Source: Poseidonia sp. (GTDB taxonomy: Archaea > Thermoplasmatota > Poseidoniia > Poseidoniales > Poseidoniaceae). From it: a DNA stretch of 64,000 nucleotides. Where the stretch lies: contig JALRLR010000001.1 of assembly GCA_023254355.1 (NCBI GenBank), positions 2,100-66,099 on the forward strand, in the 5' to 3' direction. Positions 1-9,596 of the stretch are shown piece by piece; the stretch's first letter is position 1; the number at the start of each line of letters is the position of its first letter. A program made the translations under genes and the position numbers. Under the pieces are notes generated by a model. The model saw nothing but the letters and a program-made list of their open reading frames with translations. It searched no databases and was not told where the DNA came from.

Positions 1-3000
1 CGCCTTCAGATCCTTGCGAGGTCCAGGTGAACACCACCTCAAACGGTACTTGAGCGGGGACATCCTCAGAGAGCAGCACATCAACGGTCCCAATACCCGT
101 CGACAGGGCCCCCATCGATTTGACGGGGTCGTAATAGGTGAACTGGACTTCGTTGTGAAGGTCTGAATCGCTGGATTGGACCGTGGCTTCGAGTGTAAAG
201 GTGTCCATCCCGTTGCCGGGGTTACTCAGGTACAGGAGAAACCGATGTTGTTCGCTCACGTTGAGTGAAATCGCCGACGCTTCGTTGTCTGGAACAGGGT
301 CAATCAAGGTCAAGTTGGCTCTAAAAATTTGCAAGACGTGGAGGCTTGCGTTGAATTCGGCGTCGCTATCGGCGGGATCGCTGCCCATGAAGGCGTGGCG
401 TTTGGGGACGGCATTCGGTGGGAGTTCGAGAAGCAAATCTCCCGTGACGGTTTCTCCGCCGACCCCTTGGGCTTCAAGGAAACTCCCGTTGAGGGTCCAG
501 TCGCCGGTGGCTCCCCATACCCAATCGGTCTCGAGCATACCCATCTCTGCCATGTTCCATTGAACGCTTCCGCTCGTGGGTAAGGTTCCGGTCAACGACC
601 AGGTCAAGTTGGCCTGGGGCAACGAGCGTTGATGGTTTGGGGTGAGGACAAATTTCTGCGAGGTGAACGTAAACGGCATGGATTCGCACAAGGTTTCGCT
701 GCCGCTTCCCATGCACATGGTCAGTGTGGTTTCGGTTGAACTTCCGTAGGCAGCGGACGCCGGTGTGGCCAGCCTCGCATACAGGGGGATGGCTTCACCA
801 GGCTGCAAGGTGATGCTGAACAGTTGGGTTCCGTCCATGGCGTGGATGGATGGCGAACCACCCCATGAGGGAGCGGTCCATGTGATCGTGGTGGTGGTTT
901 CTTGGGCGTTGCCCAAATTTTCAACCATGAACCATGCTTCTGCGGTTGAACCCGGGCGTCCAAATCCGTTTGAAGCGTTCAATCCGGTTTGTCCCGTTAA
1001 ATCCAATCCACGGGTTCGGAGGACCTCCAACGGGAGGTCGAGGGTAGCGTTGATGGTGGGGTCGTCGTCCAGAGCGAGGACGAAGGAGACCAATCCGGAC
1101 TCATCGCCCATGGCGGTTCCGGGGACGCTCGCTTCAAACGATACGGTAAAGGGTGTGTTGGGTACGAGTTCCTGCGAGAGGGATTGCCCGACCAAGGGGG
1201 CAAAATTCCAATCCTCTGGCACTTGCTCCGTTGAGTACGACAAGGTCCAGTCAGCCGTTCGTGAGCCGGTCGATACCAACTCGATGTCAATGGTTTCGCT
1301 GGTCCCTGGGAGGATCCGTGGCGGGTCGATTGGCCCCGCCAATTCAGCGACGTACGGCTCGACCACGACGAATTCGGCCATGGCGTGGTTGTTGTCTTCT
1401 CGCTGTTCGGAAATGTTTCCGTTGACATCGAGCACCAGCTCAAAGGTGTGAACGCCAAGTTGAGCGGTGAATTCCGCTGTGAAGGTCATCGGACCTCCTT
1501 CGCCTGATGGAGCGACAGGGTTGCTGGAGGTGAATCGCTCGCGGGTGAGTTCCGCACCGTTCATCACGATGCTGGCATCAACGTCATCGTCGGCTTCCGA
1601 GGTGCCAATGTTCGCGAATTGGGCCGTCACGGTTACGGTGTCTCCGGGGTCGGCTTGGGCCGGATTGAAGGACAACCCACGGTTGTCGCTTGATGGTGCG
1701 AGGTCGGGGCCGCGGTCCGAAACCAAAGTGTCGCCGTAGAGGACGTCAAGGTGGCCGTCTCCATCAACATCTGCGATAGCAGGCGCCGTCCAGACTCGAT
1801 GGGGCATGCTGAGCGGAGTTGACCATTCGTTGTTGATGTCGGCTGAGGCTCCGGTGTCGCCGTCAAAGGCCCACAATCGGCGTCCAAAGCCAATGAGAAT
1901 TTCGGGGGTGCCTTCGCCGTCAATGTCCAACCAGAACGGAGGTGAGACGGCGATTTCATCGTTATCGGTGCCGCTGCCACGTTGAAGGTCTCGAACCCAT
2001 TCATTCACTGGGTTTTCATCGCTGATGTCGGTGCATCCAACCATGCCTTTTCGGTTGGGAGTCGTGCTTGATTCGGAATACCAGGTGGCCCAACACAACC
2101 GGTCCGAAATCCCGTCATCGTCCGTGTCAAGCGGGGTGGGTTGGGTGTCGCCAAAGCCGTTGGGTGCTCTAAAATTGAACACCTCCGTGGTGGAGGTGAT
2201 TTCCATGCCAATGTAGCGGGCACCGGTTCCGGGACTTCGACCGTTTGGGTCGGTGGGCACGGTGAGGATCATTTCAGGTGCAGCATCACCGTCAAGTTGT
2301 GTAATGACCGGTCCGGGAAGCCGAAGCCGAGGCGCATCGGAATCTCCCGAATCGGTTCCTTGGACGGCCACTCTTTCCCAATCGAGTGAACCGGAATCGC
2401 CGTCGATTTTCCAAATCCACATGTTGCCGGAGTTTGAATCGATGGTGGTGAGCAACACCGAGGTGGTTGTTCCATCCAATTTGGCCCACACGGGGTCCGA
2501 TGGGTGGGTGCCCCGGTCGAGGTTGACGCTCCACTCAGCGGCTGAAGGCTGGCCGGTCGTCAAGGTGTAGGCGTGGACGAAGATTGACGGGTTGTTTTCT
2601 GGATCGTCAACCACGGCCACCACGAGTTCGGGCGTCCCGTCCAGTTCCAGATCGGCGAGCAGGGGTTGCGTAACGGCTTGATGGTCCGATTGAGCGGTCC
2701 AAAAATGGGGGGAGGGTGAACCGATTCTAACGTCGGCGTCGCTGTACGACCACACCAGTTCATTGCTGTGGCCCGACGATTGCCAGTTGGATTCCGTGCA
2801 CGTCAAACGAGGGGACCAAACATCGACATTGAACGCTCCTTGGGTGTCGTACACAACGATGATTTCGGGATGTCCATCGTCATCGATGTCGTGAATCATT
2901 GGCGTTGAACGAATCGCTTCAGTGGTTCCAAGAGATACCCTCCATGCGATTTTTGCGTCGTTGCCCGAAATGATGTTGAGGTAACTCTCCCGCGTTCCAT

Positions 3001-3451
3001 CGACCAACGTGCTGGAAATCATCACGGGAAACAGGGTACCTTGTCCACACCGCTCGAGGGCGGCCTCGGGTGCGGTGATGCTGCTGCTGAAGTCGCCGAT
3101 GACCGACCCGTAGGCATCGCTTCCGTCCCCGGTTTCAAAGGCCTGCCAGTTGACCACCGGGTGCTCGAGGGTTCCCAGCTCCACGACGTCACTCACGTTG
3201 CCTTGGCCAGGGCCGCCGTCAGGGCTGTGCAAGGGTGCGGTTTGGTTGTGGGTTGGCGTTTGGGCGTACTGCCCCCACGGTTGTTCCAGACCCGTCCAAT
3301 CGGTGTTGCCGCTTGAGGGGGAAATTGGTTGCCGTTGTGCATCAAACACCGTGCCCTGGAAGGGGAGGGCCAGGACGCCGAGCATCAACAGAACGACGGC
3401 CACGGTCAGGCCTTGTCGGCCCTTGGCTGGGTGGGCGCTGCCTGACATCAT
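1..3451 (-). CDS. Giant cell-surface protein, N-terminal part (more than 1150 aa in the window; the 3' end runs off position 1). Signal anchor, FG-GAP/VCBS-type repeats, CARDB-like Ig domains and Asp-rich Ca-binding repeats.
   Basis: I translated the minus strand by hand from ATG ATG at 3451/3448 (MMSGSAHPAKGRQGLTVAVVLLMLGVLALPF...) and found no stop down to position 2 (...FEVVFTWTSQGSEG). The ORF track omits it because it has no in-window stop; no other minus ORF shares its frame. FG-GAP-like units: IHDIDDDGHPEIIVV, LADLELDGTPELVV, LDIDGEGTPEILIGFG, IADVDGDGHLDVLYGD. CARDB-like: GDTVTVTAQFANIGTSEADDDVDASIVMNG. TSP3-like: DTDDDGISDRLCW. Confidence 0.7.
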   Translation of the reverse strand, partial: MMSGSAHPAKGRQGLTVAVVLLMLGVLALPFQGTVFDAQRQPISPSSGNTDWTGLEQPWGQYAQTPTHNQTAPLHSPDGGPGQGNVSDVVELGTLEHPVVNWQAFETGDGSDAYGSVIGDFSSSITAPEAALERCGQGTLFPVMISSTLVDGTRESYLNIISGNDAKIAWRVSLGTTEAIRSTPMIHDIDDDGHPEIIVVYDTQGAFNVDVWSPRLTCTESNWQSSGHSNELVWSYSDADVRIGSPSPHFWTAQSDHQAVTQPLLADLELDGTPELVVAVVDDPENNPSIFVHAYTLTTGQPSAAEWSVNLDRGTHPSDPVWAKLDGTTTSVLLTTIDSNSGNMWIWKIDGDSGSLDWERVAVQGTDSGDSDAPRLRLPGPVITQLDGDAAPEMILTVPTDPNGRSPGTGARYIGMEITSTTEVFNFRAPNGFGDTQPTPLDTDDDGISDRLCWATWYSESSTTPNRKGMVGCTDISDENPVNEWVRDLQRGSGTDNDEIAVSPPFWLDIDGEGTPEILIGFGRRLWAFDGDTGASADINNEWSTPLSMPHRVWTAPAIADVDGDGHLDVLYGDTLVSDRGPDLAPSSDNRGLSFNPAQADPGDTVTVTAQFANIGTSEADDDVDASIVMNGAELTRERFTSSNPVAPSGEGGPMTFTAEFTAQLGVHTFELVLDVNGNISEQREDNNHAMAEFVVVEPYVAELAGPIDPPRILPGTSETIDIELVSTGSRTADWTLSYSTEQVPEDWNFAPLVGQSLSQELVPNTPFTVSFEASVPGTAMGDESGLVSFVLALDDDPTINATLDLPLEVLRTRGLDLTGQTGLNASNGFGRPGSTAEAWFMVENLGNAQETTTTITWTAPSWGGSPSIHAMDGTQLFSITLQPGEAIPLYARLATPASAAYGSSTETTLTMCMGSGSETLCESMPFTFTSQKFVLTPNHQRSLPQANLTWSLTGTLPTSGSVQWNMAEMGMLETDWVWGATGDWTLNGSFLEAQGVGGETVTGDLLLELPPNAVPKRHAFMGSDPADSDAEFNASLHVLQIFRANLTLIDPVPDNEASAISLNVSEQHRFLLYLSNPGNGMDTFTLEATVQSSDSDLHNEVQFTYYDPVKSMGALSTGIGTVDVLLSEDVPAQVPFEVVFTWTSQGSEG

Positions 3452-3704
3452 GAATGACCGCCTTCGGGGGGTTGTTATGGGTTATGGCTCCTTCACAACC
3501 TTAAACCTCGTTTCTCGATGCATCAATTGGGCCCCATCCAGCGGTTGGGGTCGTCATGAGAATGCCCCCGTTGTCCGTTTCAATTAAATAGGGGTCGTCG
3601 GTGGAAGGAATGACTTCGGTCGCTTTCTCTCCTGAGGTAACCCGGTGAAGGACGGAATTGCTTGACAGCATCCGTGTTTCATTGACCTTTGGAAAGAACC
3701 AGAG

Positions 3705-4271
3705 GTGAAACACATGTACAAGGTCGTAACCAAAGAAGACACCATTCGCATTCCTGCTGAATACATGCGGAAAGGCCAATCCTTGGACCAGCACATCGAC
3801 CGTCTCTCCATGGACGCCTTTGAGGGTAAATTTGACTCAGAAAATCGATTCGTTCTGGTGACCAACAATCACAAGACCATCGGCCGTGGTCGAATCATTC
3901 ACGGCGACGGGGCCATTTACCAAAAAGTCCAATTTGACGCCGTGCTCTTCTGCATGGACGACCAAGAAGTCGTTGAAGGGGCCGTTTCGGAAGTCAACGA
4001 ATTCGGAGCCTTTGTCCGTATCGGCCCCATGGAGGCGTTGCTTCACAAGTCCCAAATCATGGAAGAACCCGTTGACATCAACATCGGCGCCAACAAAATC
4101 ATCGGCCGAAACACCGGGCGTGAACTGGCCATCGGTTCGTTCGTTCGTGCCCGCATCGTTTCCCTCTCTCCCGACACTTCCGACCCCCGCCGTTCAAAGA
4201 TCGGTTTGACGAGCAAGCAGGAAGGCCTCGGCTCGCCATCGTGGAACAACGCCAACGATGGAGGTGAGTGA
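3705..4271 (+). CDS. rpoE: DNA-directed RNA polymerase subunit E' (Rpo7, S1 domain)
   Basis: MYKVVTKEDTIRIPAEYM... followed by an S1-like domain; matches archaeal RpoE'. Alternative start MYK at 3714. First gene of a conserved cluster. Confidence 0.85.
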   Translation: MKHMYKVVTKEDTIRIPAEYMRKGQSLDQHIDRLSMDAFEGKFDSENRFVLVTNNHKTIGRGRIIHGDGAIYQKVQFDAVLFCMDDQEVVEGAVSEVNEFGAFVRIGPMEALLHKSQIMEEPVDINIGANKIIGRNTGRELAIGSFVRARIVSLSPDTSDPRRSKIGLTSKQEGLGSPSWNNANDGGE

Positions 4272-4477
4272 GCGTGGTGAACGTTCCCTTCGCCTGCGGT
4301 GAATGCCATTTGGTGTTGAACGATGGCGTTGACCAATGCCCTCGTCACCCCTCCGCACAAGTCTCGTCCGATTGGACCGGCTACGTCATCATCATGCAAC
4401 CCGAACGTTCGGAAATTGCCAAGCGATTGCAGGTGGACCAACCTGGGCGATATGCGCTGAAGGTCAACATTCGATGA
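4268..4477 (+). CDS. spt4: Spt4 / RNA polymerase subunit E'' (zinc ribbon)
   Basis: 69 aa, CGEC...CPRHP Zn ribbon then WTGYVIIMQPERSEIAKRLQVDQPGRYALKV, like archaeal Spt4 (EIAKK...PGKYA). Start overlaps the rpoE stop by 4 nt. Confidence 0.8.
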   Translation: MSVVNVPFACGECHLVLNDGVDQCPRHPSAQVSSDWTGYVIIMQPERSEIAKRLQVDQPGRYALKVNIR

Positions 4478-4486
4478 GGTGAGATC

Positions 4487-4816
4487 ATGGAAATCAAAGA
4501 ACGCAAAGAAAACAAAGTGCTGAATCGAGTTGAAATCTCCTTTAGCTGGAAGCACGACAAAAACGCCACTCCCTCTCGAAAAGAGGTCATGGATTTGGTG
4601 CGAACCCTTGAACCAGGCTCCAATCCTGATTGGATTGTCGTCAAAAATTGTGTCACTCGGTTTGGACAGCCCCTCACCACGGGCTTGGCCTACATCTACG
4701 GCTCCCAAGAGGCCATGGCTGTTGAGCCGGAATACATTCACAAGCGCCATGAACCGTTCCGAAGCGGTTCGGCTGCACCGGCTGATGACGCCGCCACTGA
4801 AGGAGGCGATGAGTGA
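4487..4816 (+). CDS. rps24e: 30S ribosomal protein S24e
   Basis: [38 protein letters not shown]...[23 protein letters not shown] matches the S24e pattern (MEIEI..ENPLL.RREI.F...H...TPSR..V). Confidence 0.85.
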   Translation: MEIKERKENKVLNRVEISFSWKHDKNATPSRKEVMDLVRTLEPGSNPDWIVVKNCVTRFGQPLTTGLAYIYGSQEAMAVEPEYIHKRHEPFRSGSAAPADDAATEGGDE

Positions 4817-4983
4817 TGGGTGACGGTCCGAACGCCAAGGCCAAGTGGTCAAAGTACAAGGTCGAAGACGGCAAACTCATTCGTGCTGAGAACTGCCCCG
4901 TATGCGGTCCCGGCGTGTTTTTGGCTCATCACAACAACCGTAAATCCTGCGGACGTTGCGGTCACACGGCCATGAACGAGTGA
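4816..4983 (+). CDS. rps27ae: 30S ribosomal protein S27ae (zinc ribbon); absent from the ORF track because it is only 55 aa
   Basis: ATG at 4816 shares its A with the S24e TGA (tgATGg). [55 protein letters not shown] = S27ae C4 Zn ribbon. Confidence 0.8.
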   Translation: MGDGPNAKAKWSKYKVEDGKLIRAENCPVCGPGVFLAHHNNRKSCGRCGHTAMNE

Positions 4984-5940
4984 TCACTCTTCTTCAGTCG
5001 CGCCGCACCGTGACTCAATGGCACTGTTTTGCCATGTGCCGTCGTTCATCAAAAGCAACGCCCCACTTCGGTGAGGGTAAACATGGACGGGAATTTCAGA
5101 CGTCGCTTCTCGTTGGACCGTGTCTTTAGCCAGAACCGCCTCCTCACGCCATCCAGCGATTCTCCAACCCTGCAACTGAGTATCCCACGCAGCATGTTGA
5201 ACGGGGCCGCTCAATTGTGCTTGCGCCACGAGTTTTTGGTCGGTGAGCCAACTCACGGTGCCGTGGGATGAACACACGAGGTCATGAAGGCCCGAGGTGA
5301 AATGCCGCTCAATCGGCCCTTCAATCCCAGGAAGAAGATACTCTTCCAAAAGGACGCCCGTGTCCAGAGCACGACGCTGGACCCGTCCTCCTTTCGACGT
5401 GAGGAGGACATCTTCACCCTTGATGCGAAGGCCCACGGTTTCTTCGTTCCTTGGCCTGCGTTTACTGTATTTCCAGGATGGGGGCGGTTGCCTCCATCGC
5501 TCTTCTGCGTTGGTTTTGGTGCTGTACAATCCTCGCCGATAGAGTTCAAACACGACCACCTCACCGTTTGAGGCGAGGGCCATCGGTTCGGCGTCCAGGC
5601 TGTGCGACCAGACATGACCAGCAGGCTGGTGCGTTGTGCGGGTGCTCATGGAGGCTCGAACTTCGGCTCGGGTCGTTCCGTTTTCGGAGGCGCCAACGGG
5701 CAGGGCCGCCATGCAAGCCAGCAACAATTCACGGTCGAGCCACATTCCAATCAAAAGGTCGTTCTCGACCACGGCTCGATGAATCCGCATGGGATGAGGT
5801 TGACTCGGAGGACCGAGGGGTTGGAGGTTGGCATCCAGCCAAGCAACTTCACCGTCCATTCCGGTAATCACCACTCCTTGAGGGTGATGAACGACCAAAT
5901 CGGGCAGAAAAGGGATGCGTGGAGGCAGCCCTTCGTCCAT
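4984..5940 (-). CDS. Hypothetical protein with PQQ/WD-like beta-propeller repeats
   Basis: Track ORF is 4984..6135; I trimmed it to the internal ATG at 5940 to remove a 170-nt divergent overlap with dtdA. Repeated strand motifs: HHPQGVVITGMDGEVAWLD, SLDAEPMALASNGEVVVFEL, LHDLVCSSHGTVSWL. No long plus-strand alternative ORF exists here. Confidence 0.4.
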   Translation of the reverse strand: MDEGLPPRIPFLPDLVVHHPQGVVITGMDGEVAWLDANLQPLGPPSQPHPMRIHRAVVENDLLIGMWLDRELLLACMAALPVGASENGTTRAEVRASMSTRTTHQPAGHVWSHSLDAEPMALASNGEVVVFELYRRGLYSTKTNAEERWRQPPPSWKYSKRRPRNEETVGLRIKGEDVLLTSKGGRVQRRALDTGVLLEEYLLPGIEGPIERHFTSGLHDLVCSSHGTVSWLTDQKLVAQAQLSGPVQHAAWDTQLQGWRIAGWREEAVLAKDTVQREATSEIPVHVYPHRSGALLLMNDGTWQNSAIESRCGATEEE

Positions 5941-6015
5941 ATTGCTGGCTTGGGCTGAAAGTATGTGAACTCTCGTCTGCGTGAGTTCAAAAAAGACGCA
6001 TCTCCACGCAGGAAC

Positions 6016-6963
6016 ATGGTCAACCGCTCGGTGGTGCTGATTGCGGTGAACAGCAAGGACATTGCGAGCACGAATCAAGCCGATCTTCTTCGTAGTCTTG
6101 ACCCGTGGGTTGCCATGGATGCCTTCGAAGGCCATCCAACCTATGCCTTTGACCGATTACGTATGGTGTATTTGCCTGACGGTCTGCTCTTTGAAGACCA
6201 TCTTGACCGTCGCTGGAACCGGTTCACCGGTGAGCTCGTGCAGGAAGTGATCTTCCCCTCACGTCACGTCGCTGCGAGCGGTCAGGCTTCGCTGACCCTC
6301 CATCCCATCGGCGTCCCTCACCTTCAGCAAGGAGAAATCGGTCCCTACGGCGGCATCGGGGGAGTTGCTCCTCCCCCGTCTTCACGCCTTGCACCGTGGT
6401 GGCGGATGCTGTTGCAAGAAGCAAAAACGTCACCCGAGGTGGATGAATTCGATCTATCGCTTGAAGTCACGCACCACGGCCCCCACCTTGAAACGCCTTG
6501 TTTGTTCATCGAAGTCGGTTCCACGGAGGCCACTTGGGACCACCTCGGTGCAGCACGGGTACTAGCCAACATCATGCGCAAGGGGTTGTTGGGAGAGGAT
6601 ACAACATCGTGGGACCCCTCCAAACACGCAGGCCAGACGGTTGTGGTGACTCTGGGTGGGGGGCACTATGCTCCTCGAGCCAATCTCCTGGGTGCCCTTG
6701 AAGGGGTATGGATTGGACACATGTTAGCCACCTACGCCATGCCGTTTGAACAGGACGGCGAGCACGTAGGCGGAAACTGGCGCCAAGCCTTGGATGCCGC
6801 ATTGGAGGCCACCAAGGTGAGTTTTCCCGGCGGTGACCTTGTTTGTTCAATGGACAAAAAAGCGTTCCGTGGATGGCAGCGGCAAGCCATTCGTGCGCAT
6901 CTCGAGGCTTTGGGAATCCCGTTGTTGACAAGTCGTCAAATCAAGGAACGCCTCGAGCGTTGA
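6016..6963 (+). CDS. dtdA: D-aminoacyl-tRNA deacylase, archaeal type (DtdA)
   Basis: EVTHHGPHLETPCLFIEVGSTEATW and TLGGGHYAPRANLLGALEGVWIGHMLATYA align with Pyrococcus DtdA ([35 protein letters not shown]...GHILPKYA). The track start 5965 is GTG; the first ATG is 6016. Confidence 0.8.
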   Translation: MVNRSVVLIAVNSKDIASTNQADLLRSLDPWVAMDAFEGHPTYAFDRLRMVYLPDGLLFEDHLDRRWNRFTGELVQEVIFPSRHVAASGQASLTLHPIGVPHLQQGEIGPYGGIGGVAPPPSSRLAPWWRMLLQEAKTSPEVDEFDLSLEVTHHGPHLETPCLFIEVGSTEATWDHLGAARVLANIMRKGLLGEDTTSWDPSKHAGQTVVVTLGGGHYAPRANLLGALEGVWIGHMLATYAMPFEQDGEHVGGNWRQALDAALEATKVSFPGGDLVCSMDKKAFRGWQRQAIRAHLEALGIPLLTSRQIKERLER

Positions 6964-7005
6964 GGGGTTGTCACGCAAAGGGTCAAAGAGCGCCTTGGGA
7001 GAGTC

Positions 7006-7989
7006 ATGGCCATGGTGGGATGGTTCTCGCGACTGGTCGTTGCGATGACGGTCCGAATGCCCAAGTGGTTTGTTCGCTGGGTCAGTCGCCGCTATGTAGC
7101 AGGGGCAACGCTTGACGATGCCGTTGCCGTCATGAAACGACTCTCAGCAGAAGGGGCGTGTTTCACCGTTGATGTACTCGGTGAGGAAATCTCGTCGATG
7201 CATGAAGCCAAGTTCTTTCTTGACGAATACATTCGGGTCATGAACGCCATCAATCAACACCAGCTTGATGCCAACCTGAGCATCAAACCCACCGCCTTTG
7301 GCTTGTTGATTAACCCCGATGAGGGCTTGAAGAACATACGAACCTTGGTGGCCATGGCCGCGGAAAACGAGATGTTTGTTCGCCTTGATATGGAAGACCA
7401 TCGCGTCACGACGGATACCATCGAGGTGGTCCTCAAGCTGCATGAAGAGGGGTTGACGAACGTCGGTACCGTGCTTCAAGGACGGCTTTTCCGAACCCTC
7501 GCTGACATCGAAGAACTCGAACAACGATTGGGCATGAACGCTGATTATCGAATTTGCAAGGGCATTTACCTTGAGCCTGACTCGATCGCCCACACCCGTT
7601 ATGCCGACATTGTTGAAGCGACCAACGCCTCCGTGTCCAGAATGCTCGAGGCCGGTGCTTATGTTGGCATCGCGAGCCACGATCTTCCGGTGATCAACCA
7701 CACCCTCTCGGAACTTGAGAAACTCGGCATGGGGCCCGGAATGAGCGATCCTCGTACGAACGCCGCCCCCCAACGTCCCGCCAAGGGCCCGGGTTATGAG
7801 TTCCAGATGCTTCTTGGTGTCCGTGGCCCTCTGCGTCGAAGGCTCCTTGCCCAGGGCCATCGCACCCGAGTGTACGTCCCCTACGGTGAAAAGTGGTATG
7901 AATACAGCATTCGGAGGTTGAAAGAAAATCCAACCATCGGTGCTCAAGTCGCCAAAGCCTTCCTGATGCCGTGGACCAATCGTCCATGA
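7006..7989 (+). CDS. Proline dehydrogenase (PutA proline-oxidase domain family)
   Basis: C-terminal YEFQMLLGVRG...RVYVPYGEKWYEYSIRRLKENP matches the proline DH signature (YEFQMLYGM...VYVPYG..W.PYL.RRL.ENP). Confidence 0.75.
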   Translation: MAMVGWFSRLVVAMTVRMPKWFVRWVSRRYVAGATLDDAVAVMKRLSAEGACFTVDVLGEEISSMHEAKFFLDEYIRVMNAINQHQLDANLSIKPTAFGLLINPDEGLKNIRTLVAMAAENEMFVRLDMEDHRVTTDTIEVVLKLHEEGLTNVGTVLQGRLFRTLADIEELEQRLGMNADYRICKGIYLEPDSIAHTRYADIVEATNASVSRMLEAGAYVGIASHDLPVINHTLSELEKLGMGPGMSDPRTNAAPQRPAKGPGYEFQMLLGVRGPLRRRLLAQGHRTRVYVPYGEKWYEYSIRRLKENPTIGAQVAKAFLMPWTNRP

Positions 7990-7990
7990 A

Positions 7991-8755
7991 TCATCTTCGT
8001 TTTTTCTTGGACCGTTTGTTCTGAGCGTTGGGGTGAACCCCTTTCTTGATGTGCTCTTTTGGACGTTCGGGGTTTGGATTGTATCCCAATTTCCCTTCCT
8101 TCCAGGCTTGCCTTCGCTCACGTGGCGTTCTTGGTGCGAAGTGCTCTGACTTGGGGGGCTCGTGAAGATACATCCGCTTGATGTCAGGTGCGTTTACCGT
8201 ACCTCGTAAGGTCCGACCGGCACCGGTATGGATGGCTCGAATACGCCAGGTTTCTCCTTCGTAATCCAAAAGGTGGGATGCCGTAAAGGCGGTTTCTTGA
8301 GGCACCACGAGGACGGCAGAGGTGGAATCCTCTCCACGGGTGAGGGTGAGTTTGACCCTGACCATGTCGGTGCGCAGCGCCGTCACCCGGGCAATGTTGG
8401 TCGCCAAGGCTGAGGTCGCGTGCTGGTCATTCGCCAAGTCGATTTGATGAATTCTCCACAGTTTTTCATTCTCTTCAAACACGTCACCGACCACAAATTC
8501 TTCGTCTGCGTCAACCACCAAGACAACTCGCTCGGAATGAGGCCCGTCGGTCAAAATGAACGGGAGGTTGGTTGGAGGCGGCGGTCGAAACTGCACGATG
8601 TGGACGTGTTGGCATACTTCGCAACGGACGGTGAAATCAGCTCCATCGCCGACGCTTCGTTCCTTGAGGATCTCGTGCCCGGTCATCTCGTCGCATGAAG
8701 GGCAATGCGTTGCATTGTCCATGATGTCCTCTTCATCCCAGACATCTTCATCCAT
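7991..8755 (-). CDS. Zinc-ribbon protein with a Lys/Arg-rich C-terminal tail (likely nucleic-acid binding); function unknown
   Basis: HCPSCDEMTGHE...RCEVCQHVH forms a C4 Zn ribbon; the C-terminus is KKGVHPNAQNKRSKKKRR. Start moved to the ATG at 8755 (MDEDVWDEED...); the upstream track extension is Arg-rich low complexity that overlaps the neighbouring gene. Confidence 0.45.
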   Translation of the reverse strand: MDEDVWDEEDIMDNATHCPSCDEMTGHEILKERSVGDGADFTVRCEVCQHVHIVQFRPPPPTNLPFILTDGPHSERVVLVVDADEEFVVGDVFEENEKLWRIHQIDLANDQHATSALATNIARVTALRTDMVRVKLTLTRGEDSTSAVLVVPQETAFTASHLLDYEGETWRIRAIHTGAGRTLRGTVNAPDIKRMYLHEPPKSEHFAPRTPRERRQAWKEGKLGYNPNPERPKEHIKKGVHPNAQNKRSKKKRR

Positions 8756-8855
8756 GGACAGTCCCCCCCATGCCTCTCGCCCTCGCCGTTTGGTTTGAAA
8801 CCTCCGACGAAGCGTCCGTGCAAGCCTTGATGTTTCTCCGAGATGCCGCAGGCCC

Positions 8856-9596
8856 ATGGGAGATGTGGATGGCGTACCCGACCGTGCGTCTGTCTTGGCT
8901 CATTTGCTCTCCAAGGACAGCGACCAACCGCGTGAGGAACCGGCGGTCGCTGCGAACATTCACGAACAACTTCAACACATGGGGCTTTCAACGTGGTCCA
9001 TCTCCATCTTACGACGGTTACGTGACGCACTCGCCCGCCAACAACCCCGTCAAGTGCTCGAGATTGGATCCGGTATTGGCCATCGTTCAGCTTGGCTCTT
9101 GGATTTGAGCGAACGCTCCAAACGTCCCCTCGACCGCTTCACCCTCGTTGAACAGGGCGGGAAGTTCGGCGTGATTCTTCAGCGCTTGTTGAACCGTTAC
9201 GATGCGCTTGCATGGGCGTCGGTGGTCGTGGGCGAACCACTTCAACTCGCTGCCGAACACCACGCCTGGAATCTCGCATCGGCCACGGGGACGGAATTGA
9301 CCGATCCCCCGCTTGCTGACGCCTATGATGCGGTGGTCGTTGATGGGCCTTCGGCGGAACGCGCCGCCTTGGTGAAGAACTTCTTGCCCTTCCTCCAATC
9401 AAACGGTGTGTTGTACACGGTGGAACCGGACATGCCAACGGGCGAAGTTGATCCTGATGATGAAGCCGGGATGGCGTTGGTCAACGGCTTCAATGCCTGG
9501 ATTGAACTGGTTAGCGAAACCCAATCCACGCACCACGTGGCCTTCATGCCCTTATTTGGGGGCACGTTGGTCGCTTGGATGCCCCATCAGGATTGA
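8856..9596 (+). CDS. Class I SAM-dependent methyltransferase
   Basis: VLEIGSGIGHRSAWLLD is a glycine-rich motif I, followed by acidic motif II and a Rossmann-like layout. Substrate unknown. Confidence 0.5.
   Translation: MGDVDGVPDRASVLAHLLSKDSDQPREEPAVAANIHEQLQHMGLSTWSISILRRLRDALARQQPRQVLEIGSGIGHRSAWLLDLSERSKRPLDRFTLVEQGGKFGVILQRLLNRYDALAWASVVVGEPLQLAAEHHAWNLASATGTELTDPPLADAYDAVVVDGPSAERAALVKNFLPFLQSNGVLYTVEPDMPTGEVDPDDEAGMALVNGFNAWIELVSETQSTHHVAFMPLFGGTLVAWMPHQD

Noticed and set aside
183-3587. About twenty short ORFs on both strands across the first 3.5 kb
   Set aside because: All lie inside, or antisense to, the one uninterrupted minus-strand reading frame that encodes the giant surface protein starting at 3451.
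5029-5958. Stack of short overlapping plus-strand ORFs (80 to 138 aa)
   Set aside because: They are mutually overlapping, Arg-rich, and antisense to the single long minus-strand propeller-like gene. None extends into a coherent protein.
7144-8121. 325-aa ORF on the minus strand entirely inside the proline dehydrogenase gene
   Set aside because: It is antisense to a gene with clear family signatures (YEFQM...VYVPYG). Its composition is Arg/Gly-rich and low-complexity, typical of shadow ORFs in high-GC DNA.
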